Positions 26,433-36,400 of a DNA stretch of 39,593 nucleotides are shown here, piece after piece (within the stretch, counting starts at the first letter, position 1; every line of letters starts with the position of its first letter). Location: assembly GCA_964613545.1 (NCBI GenBank), contig CAZTHH010000001.1, positions 1-39,593 of the forward strand. The letters are read 5' to 3'. Source of the stretch: an uncultured Candidatus Saccharibacteria bacterium (GTDB lineage: Bacteria > Patescibacteriota > Minisyncoccia > Phycocordibacterales > UBA9973). Position numbers and translations under genes: made by a program. The notes under the pieces were generated by a model that saw only the letters and a program-made list of their open reading frames with translations, did no database searches and was not told where the DNA came from.

Positions 26433-28352
26433 ATGCACAAAGACTTTTTAGATGAACTAAATGACAAACAAGGCGAAGCGGCACGCTATACCGAAGGACC
26501 GCTCCTTATCGTCGCCGGTGCAGGCGCAGGAAAAACAAAAACATTAACCTATCGAATCATTAATCTTGTTCGTGGTGGCGTCGCCCCACACAATATCCTC
26601 GCCGTAACATTCACTAACAAAGCAGCAAAAGAAATGCGTGACCGTACCATCGCGCTCCTTACAGATAGACACTATGATAGCATTCCAATGATATCTACTT
26701 TTCATGCACTCGGCGTACGAATACTCAAAGAACATGCACACGTCCTCGGGCTCACAAAACATTTTGCAATTGCAGATGAAAGCGACGCCATTAGTATTAT
26801 CAAAGATGCACTCAAAGAATTAGATTTAGATCCCAAACAATACGAACCTCGCAAAATAAAAGGTATGATTTCCCGCGCAAAAGGGGACTTCATTTCCCGT
26901 GAAGCATTTGCTCGTGATGCCACCAGTGCATTCCAAGATCTTGTGGGTAAAGTATGGGGCCTCTATGAAGCAGGATTAAAAAAGGAGCAAGCGCTCGACT
27001 TTGATGACTTACTTCTCAAAACAGTACTCCTTCTAAAACAGTACCCTGAAATTAAAACTGCATACCAAGCACGCTGGAAATACATCCACATCGATGAGTA
27101 TCAAGACACTAATGAAGTACAATATGAATTAACGAAACTGCTTGTCGGAAAAGAAGAAAATATCTGCGTGGTTGGAGATACGGACCAAAATATTTATAGC
27201 TGGCGCGGAGCAAATATAAAGAACATGCTCCATTTTGAAAAAGATTATCCGAGCACAAAAATAGTAATGCTTGAGCAAAACTATCGCTCCACAAAAACGA
27301 TCATCGAAGCCGCAAATGCAATCATAAAGAAAAATGTATTCCGCGCAGAAAAAAATCTTTTTACTGAAAACGAAGATGGGCAAACGATCACACTCTACGA
27401 AGCATACGACGAGGGGAGTGAAGCAACATTTGTCGGAGATAAAATACAAGAACTCATAGAAAATGGTACTGCATTACCGAACGATATCGCGGTACTCTAC
27501 CGAGCCAATTTCCAATCTCGTATTTTAGAAGAAGCAATGCTTTCTCGTAATATAAAATACCAAGTTCTCGGCACAAAATTCTTTGACCGCAAAGAAGTCC
27601 GTGATATTCTCTCATACATAAGAGCAGCACTAAACAGAGAGGGGCTTTCTGATATAAAAAGAATTATTAATGTTCCTGCACGAGGAATTGGAAAAGTGAC
27701 ACTCGTAAAATTATTCAGTGGAAATTTTGCTGAGCTTCCTGCTAGTATGCAAATAAAAATAAATAAATTTTATTTATTACTCGATTCTATTCGTGAATAC
27801 ATGGACGGACATACTGCAAGTGAGACCATTAAATTTGTTTTAGAAAAAAGTGGACTCGAAGAAGAATTAAAAAATGGGGGAGAGCTTGAACTCGAACGCC
27901 TCGAAAACGTAAAAGAGCTCGTAACTCTCGCACTCAAGTACGACACCCATGGCGAAGAAAGCATCGACATGCTCCTCACTGATGCATCACTTGCTTCAGA
28001 TCAAGACAGTTTGCTCCACACAAAAGGTGAGGGGGTCAGACTCATGACCGTCCATGCATCAAAAGGACTTGAATTTAAATATGTATTCATTACAGGGCTT
28101 GAGCAAGACTTATTCCCTCATGCTGGAATTGGTGGCAAAAATAAAAGCGACCAAGAAGAAGAGCGCCGACTCTTTTATGTAGCCCTCACTCGCGCTGAAC
28201 ACAAACTCTTTCTCTCATATGCATCTGTCCGTACTATATTCGGCATGCGTCAGGTCACCAGCCCGAGCGAATTCCTTTCTGATATTCCAGACTATTTGAT
28301 AAACATAGAAGAGAATCATTACGGAAAAGGTGATAGAATTGTCTATATATGA
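26433..28352 (+). CDS. pcrA: UvrD/PcrA-family ATP-dependent DNA helicase
   Basis: Start chosen at MHKDFLDELNDKQ, because TGtTAGAAT (26417-26425) lies 7 nt upstream and the 26406 track start falls inside the terminator. Motifs AGAGAGKTKTL, DEYQDTN, QNYRST and VHASKGLEF. Confidence 0.9.
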   Translation: MHKDFLDELNDKQGEAARYTEGPLLIVAGAGAGKTKTLTYRIINLVRGGVAPHNILAVTFTNKAAKEMRDRTIALLTDRHYDSIPMISTFHALGVRILKEHAHVLGLTKHFAIADESDAISIIKDALKELDLDPKQYEPRKIKGMISRAKGDFISREAFARDATSAFQDLVGKVWGLYEAGLKKEQALDFDDLLLKTVLLLKQYPEIKTAYQARWKYIHIDEYQDTNEVQYELTKLLVGKEENICVVGDTDQNIYSWRGANIKNMLHFEKDYPSTKIVMLEQNYRSTKTIIEAANAIIKKNVFRAEKNLFTENEDGQTITLYEAYDEGSEATFVGDKIQELIENGTALPNDIAVLYRANFQSRILEEAMLSRNIKYQVLGTKFFDRKEVRDILSYIRAALNREGLSDIKRIINVPARGIGKVTLVKLFSGNFAELPASMQIKINKFYLLLDSIREYMDGHTASETIKFVLEKSGLEEELKNGGELELERLENVKELVTLALKYDTHGEESIDMLLTDASLASDQDSLLHTKGEGVRLMTVHASKGLEFKYVFITGLEQDLFPHAGIGGKNKSDQEEERRLFYVALTRAEHKLFLSYASVRTIFGMRQVTSPSEFLSDIPDYLINIEENHYGKGDRIVYI

Positions 28353-29143
28353 TGCATACTGCAAAAAAGTCATTGGGGCAGAACTTTCTAAAGTCAAAAC
28401 CCGCACTTATAAAAATGTGTACCGCGGGGGAAGTTACTGACGGAGATTTAGTGATTGAAATCGGCCCAGGGAAGGGAGCACTGACTGAGAAACTTCTTGA
28501 ATACGGAGCGACAGTCATCGCTCTTGAAAAAGACCGTGACCTTATTCCACTCCTAAATGAAAAATTCGCCGAAGAAATACAAAACAAAAAACTGACTATT
28601 ATAGAGGAAGATTGCTTGGAATTTGATCCAAAAAGCCTAAAAGGCAAGAAATATAAGCTTATTGCAAACATCCCATACTATATTACAGGTGCAATTGTAC
28701 GAAAATTCCTCGAAACGGATCATCAACCAGAGAAAATTGTGGTTATGGTCCAAAAAGAAGTAGCAAAACGCATTGTTGCCACAAATGAAGGAGAAAGTAT
28801 CCTCTCTATTAGTGTAAAAGCGTACGGTGAACCAAAATATGAAATGAAAGTAGATAAACGCTATTTTTCCCCAGCACCAAAGGTAGATTCAGCAATTCTC
28901 TCTATTAACAATATAAACAAACAGTCATTTAAAAATCAAAACGAAGAAGGGTACTTTTTTAAAGTGCTTCATGCAGGATTTGCCCACAAAAGAAAAGTCC
29001 TTATAAAAAACTTAGAAGAGGTAGCTCCTAAAAACATAATAGAGCAATCGTTTAACACACTGACACTTTCTCCAAAAGTACGTGCAGAAGAAATACCCGT
29101 ATCCACCTGGCTCACACTCACTGAACTACTCCAGAAAAACTAG
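28349..29143 (+). CDS. rsmA: 16S rRNA (adenine1518/1519-N6)-dimethyltransferase
   Basis: 264 aa. SLGQNFL and the SAM motif VIEIGPGKGALT. ATGA overlap with the helicase stop codon. Confidence 0.9.
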   Translation: MMHTAKKSLGQNFLKSKPALIKMCTAGEVTDGDLVIEIGPGKGALTEKLLEYGATVIALEKDRDLIPLLNEKFAEEIQNKKLTIIEEDCLEFDPKSLKGKKYKLIANIPYYITGAIVRKFLETDHQPEKIVVMVQKEVAKRIVATNEGESILSISVKAYGEPKYEMKVDKRYFSPAPKVDSAILSINNINKQSFKNQNEEGYFFKVLHAGFAHKRKVLIKNLEEVAPKNIIEQSFNTLTLSPKVRAEEIPVSTWLTLTELLQKN

Positions 29144-29176
29144 TACGCCTGCAGAAAAAATTGTATACTATGGGTA

Positions 29177-30055
29177 ATGGAAAATTCATATTTACCAAGC
29201 TCACAATTCATAAAGCGAGTCATCGTTATTTTCTCTGTAATAGGAGCAGTCATTCTTATTACAAAAATCTCTCCGAATATAAAAAATAAACTCATTACCA
29301 CCGGTACTATAAATAGTGTCATGGTAAAAGATGTAGTTACTCAAGATAGCAACAAAAATGGGATTCAAGACTGGGAAGAGTCATTATGGGGGCTTGATCC
29401 TACAAAAGACGGGGATGCAAATAAAGAATTCATCGAAGCAAAGAAAAGGAAAGCTGGTATTAGTTCTAAAAATGCCCAAATAACAGATTCAACCGACCAA
29501 ATTTCACGTGAACTATTTGTGATTGCGTCTTCTCTAAAACAAAATGGTGCAGGGAAGGAAAGCTTAGACGTACTCGCTCAGACAATCGGTGGGGAAGTTA
29601 CTCCACTTACTTTTAATGATGTCTATCACATGAATGACATACAGATAGTCGCAACAACGAAAAAAAATATGACAGTATATCAAGAAAACCTCATCCGTCT
29701 TGGTAAAAAATATACATTACTTGGTATTGGCTCAGAACTCGACATCCTCGCCACCGCGCTTGATCGAAATGACAGCACAATGCTTGAAGGACTACCCCAG
29801 ATAAAAGCAGCATATCAAAACTTTGCAAAAGACCTAAAAAAAATTCCCGTTCCACTTGACCTAGGACCAAACCACATAACAATTATGAACGGATTGGACC
29901 ATACAGGAGTATCACTCGACACGATGGCTAAAATGATTGAAGACCCATTAACAGGTCTTTCAGGAATGCTCACGTATCGTATCTATAATGATCAATTTGT
30001 TGATGGAATAAATACGGTGAATAAATATTTATATAGTGATATAATAAAACGATAG
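29177..30055 (+). CDS. Hypothetical N-terminally anchored membrane protein (292 aa), first gene of the envelope cluster
   Basis: TM helix VIVIFSVIGAVILITKI, with the rest predicted to be extracytoplasmic. TATACT (29164-29169) lies 7 nt before the ATG. Confidence 0.6.
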   Translation: MENSYLPSSQFIKRVIVIFSVIGAVILITKISPNIKNKLITTGTINSVMVKDVVTQDSNKNGIQDWEESLWGLDPTKDGDANKEFIEAKKRKAGISSKNAQITDSTDQISRELFVIASSLKQNGAGKESLDVLAQTIGGEVTPLTFNDVYHMNDIQIVATTKKNMTVYQENLIRLGKKYTLLGIGSELDILATALDRNDSTMLEGLPQIKAAYQNFAKDLKKIPVPLDLGPNHITIMNGLDHTGVSLDTMAKMIEDPLTGLSGMLTYRIYNDQFVDGINTVNKYLYSDIIKR

Positions 30056-30056
30056 T

Positions 30057-33000
30057 ATGAACTTGTTTACCTACATGCAAAAAAAGACCCTCGCAGGAAT
30101 TCTCGTTTTTGCTATTTTTATTTCTCCAATAGTTCCAGTTTCATATAGCTACGCAGAAATTAAAGATCCAAACTATATATATACAGGAGGCATGCTGGGT
30201 GATTCTGCAAGTGGTACTACTGCGGACGATATCCTTAATGATCAAACGGGGGGGCTTGCATCGAACGCAGATCCGCTCGACACTGATACAACTGGTGGTA
30301 ATACAAATAAAATTGCATTATCTGTTTTTGGCTGCGGAAATGGCCCAAAGCGTTTTATTAAATCAATACAAGACCTTTCTTCGCTTTATGAGGCACAAAA
30401 GGTACTCAAAAGTGAAGGTTTAGCTGGAGGCCTTTCTCCGCTTACAAATGTTCTCGGCACAACAGCAAAAACTGCAGTAGAAATAAAAGCATTAGCAAAA
30501 GATATTAAAGATGCAAAATTAATTGCTGGTGCATCTACACTTGCAGCGCAACAAACAGCTGATAAAGAAACTCAAAAAAGTCTTGTTCTTATTAATTCAA
30601 AAATAGACAAACAGCTTGCTGCTGCCGAAGAACAAAAAGTATGGGAGCAGTGTTTAAACGGAATCGCCTACAAAGTCACCAAACACCAAATTGCAAACAT
30701 GACCCAAAAGACTATCAATTGGGTCAATTCTGGTTTTGCAGGAGATCCACTATTTATTAAAGACCAGAAAACATTTTTCAAAAATATTGAGACAAAAACA
30801 ATGCGTTCAATCCTTGGACCTATTTCTGCATACAATAACACTACCGTCTATCCATATGGCCAAGACTTAGCACGCAGTATGATAAACGGCTTTAAGACAA
30901 CCTTTGAAGAAAGAGCGAAATCGACACTCCAACAATCATTACCTTCAGGCAGTAGCCCAGATGATTTTACTAATGATTTTACTCAAGGAGGATGGTCAGC
31001 ATGGGAATCATTTACTTTAAATCCACAAAACAATCCACTTGGATTTCAAATGATTACGACTCAGCACATTGCAGACGAAGCGGCAAAAGATGTACAAGCT
31101 CAAAAGGATGAACTCACTCAAAAAGATTTTATTGGGCAAAAGAAGTGCGTGGAATGGGAAGCAGACGCAACGAAAGAAGATAAAAATCATCCATTTACAC
31201 TTAATTCAACAAAATTGAATGACCCAGATGCACAAGATAAATGTATCCGATATGAAACAATCACTCCGGGAGGGGTGACAGAGGCACTTATCAATGCACA
31301 AATTACATCACCAATAAGACAGCTTGAAATTGCAAATACAATAAATGAATCCCTTGATTCAGTATTTACTGCGCTCATTAGCCAACTTTCAACAAAAGGA
31401 TTTTCAAGTCTTAGTTCATTTAGTACACAAAACAACGAAATTACCGCAGACTATACACCAAAACGATACTATAATAGTTATGGATATCTGATCCAGGTCA
31501 GCAAAACGCATGGGGGATGGTATAACAAAGGGGGTAAATTTGATATTACTCGAGACTTAGATGATATCTATACTAATGATGCAACAGGCAAGAAAACATT
31601 AGTGAAAAAAGGTATTATCACTACACAAAAAGACTATCTTGAAGCAGCAACAGCAGCAATGAAAGGACTCGGACCGATACTCCCTGCAATTGGGAAACTT
31701 GATTATTGTATTCCGGGACCAAACCCAGGATGGGAACAACGAACTGATGAAAAAATTGCAGAATTGGTAGATTACATGCAGAATCAAAGTTTCAATGGTA
31801 CTAAAAAAAGTATGCTTCCAAAGTGGGTCTCTGGAAACACATTTGGGACATTTACAGGAATTGGTGCAGCGGCAGGTACTGTTATTCCAGGAGTAGGAAA
31901 TGCAGTGGGAGCACTTGTCGGACTCGCGATTGACGTCGGGCTATCTGTTTACGATAAAGTGCAAAAGAATAAAAATGAAAACAATAAAGTTGAACTTGAA
32001 GCACAATACGCCAAAGCAGAAGCAAACTTCTATGCAAATCAAAACGCACAGATTGCAAACTTTAGCTCACAATTCCAAAGTTATAGTGACTATGTTCACA
32101 AGAAATACGACACGATCGTTGAACCTAAACTTCCTGATGGAAGTAATAATCCACAATATTTACCAATGGCACAAGCCGGTCTTGATATTGTAAAAAATCT
32201 TGATCGCTATGATGCAAACGTAAAACAAGCATATCAAGATTATGATGAGGTAATTGGTCAAACAAAAACAAATATTCGTAAACTAGAAGCGATTAAAAAA
32301 CGTGTAGATGAAATCGTAAAAGGTGCACGTAAGCGTTGGGCAAAAGAAATTACTGACAAATTAAGTGCTCCTGGGCAAAAAATTGATTGGAGTTGTTTTG
32401 ATACATCTCTCGGACAAGGAGGTGATGGTTCTAACGATCTCGCCGATGGGGCAAACGGGACACGAACACAAGAGGGAACTGCGCTTGGTGCAGATTTTGA
32501 TACACCGCAACAAGACACCCAAGCACCAGTAGGAAAATGTACCACAGAAGTTACCGCAACAGGAATTTCTGTAAACGGAGATGCACCATTTAAATACTCT
32601 TGGTCACTCAAGACGGGCCAAGATGTAGTAACACTCTCAGCGGGGGAATACAAGGTAGATAATAATCAACTCTTCTCTGCAAAGGTAGATGCGTACAAAG
32701 ATTCTGGGCTTGCAAAACTTACACTCACTGTTGAAGACGGTAATGGTGATAAAGCAACCAAAACAAAAGACATAACAATCGCACATAAAGACGTAGATGC
32801 GCGAGGAGTAACCTGTCCAAAACCACCAGAAGCACCAGGAACACCATATGACATTACCGCAAATATTGTAAGCGATACTACAGCAGATCTGTCATGGTCA
32901 GCTCCTACAAACACAGGAACTTCTCCAATTACTGACTACACAATAGAATATGCACCGTATGCATCATTTGTATGGACTAAGTTTGCACACACGGCAAGCA

Positions 33001-33479
33001 GTACAACAAAAAGAACAGTTACCGGATTAGATAATAAAAATAAAACATATAAATTTAGAATTGCTGCGGTTAATGCCGTTGGATCAAGTGCAACAAGCCA
33101 ACCAGTAACACCGAAAGTTACTTATAACCCACAATTTGATGTCACCGCAGCCGAAGACACTGATTTTGTAAAACAATTAGCTGGAATGTGTATGGTAAAC
33201 ATTACTATCACAAACAAGAATTCAGCAAACGCATCAACATACAATTGGACACTATCGACAGAATTTGGAAATCAATATGTATCAGTAAATCCAGTCAAAG
33301 GAACTGGTGCGACAAACCAACCACCAAATCCAGCATTTAGTATTGATGCACATAAATCATACGGTAAAACAAAAATCAATCTAACACGCGACAACATTAA
33401 TGGAACAAAAGATACTGCAGTAAAAGAAATTACCATTACCAAAATGAACACAAATCAAAGTGGAAATACGTGTCAGTAA
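30057..33479 (+). CDS. Giant secreted protein (1140 aa) with one fibronectin type III domain
   Basis: Signal peptide ...FISPIVPVSYSYAEIK. Gly-rich hydrophobic segment GIGAAAGTVIPGVGNAVGALVGLAIDVGL. FN3-like block (about nt 32826-33116): DLSWSAPTNTGTSPITDYTIEY...YKFRIAAVNAVGSS. Starts 1 nt after the previous stop codon. Confidence 0.8.
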   Translation: MNLFTYMQKKTLAGILVFAIFISPIVPVSYSYAEIKDPNYIYTGGMLGDSASGTTADDILNDQTGGLASNADPLDTDTTGGNTNKIALSVFGCGNGPKRFIKSIQDLSSLYEAQKVLKSEGLAGGLSPLTNVLGTTAKTAVEIKALAKDIKDAKLIAGASTLAAQQTADKETQKSLVLINSKIDKQLAAAEEQKVWEQCLNGIAYKVTKHQIANMTQKTINWVNSGFAGDPLFIKDQKTFFKNIETKTMRSILGPISAYNNTTVYPYGQDLARSMINGFKTTFEERAKSTLQQSLPSGSSPDDFTNDFTQGGWSAWESFTLNPQNNPLGFQMITTQHIADEAAKDVQAQKDELTQKDFIGQKKCVEWEADATKEDKNHPFTLNSTKLNDPDAQDKCIRYETITPGGVTEALINAQITSPIRQLEIANTINESLDSVFTALISQLSTKGFSSLSSFSTQNNEITADYTPKRYYNSYGYLIQVSKTHGGWYNKGGKFDITRDLDDIYTNDATGKKTLVKKGIITTQKDYLEAATAAMKGLGPILPAIGKLDYCIPGPNPGWEQRTDEKIAELVDYMQNQSFNGTKKSMLPKWVSGNTFGTFTGIGAAAGTVIPGVGNAVGALVGLAIDVGLSVYDKVQKNKNENNKVELEAQYAKAEANFYANQNAQIANFSSQFQSYSDYVHKKYDTIVEPKLPDGSNNPQYLPMAQAGLDIVKNLDRYDANVKQAYQDYDEVIGQTKTNIRKLEAIKKRVDEIVKGARKRWAKEITDKLSAPGQKIDWSCFDTSLGQGGDGSNDLADGANGTRTQEGTALGADFDTPQQDTQAPVGKCTTEVTATGISVNGDAPFKYSWSLKTGQDVVTLSAGEYKVDNNQLFSAKVDAYKDSGLAKLTLTVEDGNGDKATKTKDITIAHKDVDARGVTCPKPPEAPGTPYDITANIVSDTTADLSWSAPTNTGTSPITDYTIEYAPYASFVWTKFAHTASSTTKRTVTGLDNKNKTYKFRIAAVNAVGSSATSQPVTPKVTYNPQFDVTAAEDTDFVKQLAGMCMVNITITNKNSANASTYNWTLSTEFGNQYVSVNPVKGTGATNQPPNPAFSIDAHKSYGKTKINLTRDNINGTKDTAVKEITITKMNTNQSGNTCQ

Positions 33480-33497
33480 TAGTAAACTATAAAATAT

Positions 33498-36400
33498 ATG
33501 GAACAAAACCCTAAAAGAACAAAAGCACTCATTATCACCTTCATCGTAGCACTTGGACTACTTATGGGAGTGTATTATCTATTCTTTAGTGGCAATGCTC
33601 CATTTAGCACAAAATCAGGAGGTACGGCTAAATCATTTTTTCCATTTCTTGGGACAAGTAAGAACAAAGATTTAAATACCATACAAAATGGTGAAAGTGG
33701 TCCAGTACTTACTGGAGGAGAGACAACAACAGATACTAGTGGTACAGGTATGCTAGCTGGGGGACAAAGTAATGGTACTAGCGGAGGTACGAGCACAAAT
33801 GATCAAATTACAGGAGGGGACACTACCACGACAGACGGAACAAGTACGGGGCAAGGAACAAATACTGGAGGAATAACTACACCGCTAACTCAATGTGCCG
33901 ATGGTATCGATAATGATGGAAATGGAGTACTCGATGCTGATGATGCTTCATGTCACACAGATAATAATATTGCAGATACGTATACACCAGAAAAAACATT
34001 AGAATTTACAATTCCAACCAAAAACTTTCCAATACCAACAAGCACATTTATTCCACAGTGTAGTGACAAAAAAGACAACGATGGTGATGGAAAAATTGAT
34101 ACACAAGATCCAGGATGTCATACAGACAATGACATAGCTAAGCCATATGATAAAAATAGAGTCACAGAATTTAGTCTCGATTCCACAAAAGGAAAAATTG
34201 ATGCTTGTGTAGTAAGTAGCGGAACAATACCAAGCACTGGAGGGACTATCCCAGTTCCAACAGGGCCAATTGTTATTCCACAGTGTAGTGACGGAATTGA
34301 TAATAACAATGACGGGCCATTTGATATTCAAGATCCAGGATGTCACTCAGACCTGAATCCAAATAATGGGCTATCATACAACCCTCAAAAAGTGCTTGAA
34401 ATGATAACAGCTCCTAGTATTCCACAGTGTAGTGATGGACTTGATAATGACGGAAATGGTTTACGGGATGCTCAAGACCCAACATGTTTTATCGTACCAG
34501 CTGACCCAAAATCATATAATCCCATGCTCTCACCAGAAGGTAAGGGATTTTCAAATGGTGTACCAGTTCCAGTCCCAGCAACAACTACTGGAACAACAAC
34601 GACCACAGGATCTGGAACTACCACAACAGGAGGTGTCTTTGGCCCAGCGACAACCACCACAGGAGGTACTGGCACATCAGGAACAACAAATGGGGGGAGT
34701 ACTGCGGGAAGCACCGTAGGTGGCGGAGCTGTGGGTGGTACAGTAGGAGGAGGCGCCGGAGGAGCAATTATCACACAGTGCTCCGATGGGCTGGATAATG
34801 ACCTAGATGGGAAAGCTGATGCGCTTGACCCAGGCTGCCACAGCGACAAAAATCCTCAGAACAACGGGCAAAACGGAACACCTAATACATATGACCCAAA
34901 AATAAACCTAGAAATCATCGCAAAAAAAGAACAGAAAAGTCTTTTTGCTGGACTATGGCAATCACTCAAAGAAAACACCGCAGGGAACAAAGTGCTTTCA
35001 AAAATAGTACTTGCTGTAAATACACCAACAGCGACACTTCAAGTAGCAGGGTCACCAGCAGGAACACTAACTGGGGTGCCAACACTTGCTACTCCACTTA
35101 GCACAACTACCGGCAGTACGGTCATCACGTCAACAGCCGTAAACAGTGGTGTACCAATACAAACCCTAAGCGGTATCCAAACACTTCCACTCACTATGTT
35201 TGGTATCTACCCTGGGCAACAGCTTCCACTAACCCCAGATCAACTCAGTGCATACCTTGATTCTTTGGGTGCCAACAAACAGGTTGTCGATAGTAATGGA
35301 ATAATTTGTCCTGACACAAAAAATAATCCAGTAATCACACAATGTAGTGATGGCAAGGATAACGATGGCGATAAAAAAATCGACGCGCAAGATCCAGGAT
35401 GTCACTTTGATTTAAACGCTCGTAATACTAAATCTTATACCCCTACAAAAAATGATGAAAAAGAAGTACTACCGCAGTGTTCAGATAAACTTGATAATGA
35501 TAAAGATGGAAAATTTGATAGTGCTGATCCTGATTGTCACTATGACTTTAATCCACTAAACCCAGGTTCATTCTTAAAAACAAAAAACAGCGAAGCAAGT
35601 ATCACGAACGGAAATGGAAGTGGTAATGGGGGAGCGCTTGGATACATACCTCAATGCCGTGACGGACTTGATAACGATGGCGATGGACTTTCTGATAAAC
35701 TTGATCCAGGATGTCACCTTGACCTCAATGCAAAAAACGCATCTTCCTATATTGGAGACAAAACATCAGAACTTGATTTTATTCCAGCGTGTATTGATGG
35801 GAAAGATAACGATGGCGATGGACTTTCTGATGCTAATGATCCGGGGTGTCACTGGGACTTAAACGCAGCACGAGTAGAGTTATGCAGTGATGGAAAAGAT
35901 AATGACGGAGACAAACTTGCAGACAAAAACGACCCAGCATGTCATACGGACGGAAATGCAAGTAATATTCTTTCATATGACAAAGACCTTGGGGTGGATA
36001 CATATACTCCATACAAATACAGCGAATTTAATCTCGTACCACAATGCCGTGATTTCGATGCAAATGGTAAAGCCCGTGACAATGATGGGGATGGACTCGC
36101 AAATGATCTTGACCCAGGCTGTCACACAGACTTAAATGCATCACATAATGGAAAAAAAGGCGCAATAAATACCTATGACCCAGAAAAGACGCTCGAGCTT
36201 AACTACGTTCCACAATGCAGTGATGGAAAAGATAATGATAAAGATGGACTCCTTGATGACAAGGACCCAGGCTGTTATATAAACAAAAATGTAGCTGTCG
36301 CAAAGGATTATAATCCAGAGGATAGTAATGAAATGGAGTTTGACTGGAACGGCAACAAGGGAACAGCAACAAAAACTACCGCACCAAATTGCCCAGACAC

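Noticed and set aside
28350-28352. Possible alternative genetic code (UGA reassignment as in some CPR lineages): TGA is used as a stop only once, at the helicase/rsmA ATGA overlap; every other gene ends in TAA or TAG.
   Set aside because: All conserved genes translate full-length with standard code 11 and no in-frame TGA is needed as a sense codon. The scarcity of TGA stops is consistent with AT-rich composition.
33891-36278. Periodic DNA repeats considered as a possible CRISPR or other non-coding array.
   Set aside because: The repeats are in frame inside one long ORF, encode a conserved Cys/Asp motif, and have variable lengths and degenerate DNA sequence. This is a coding repeat array, not CRISPR.
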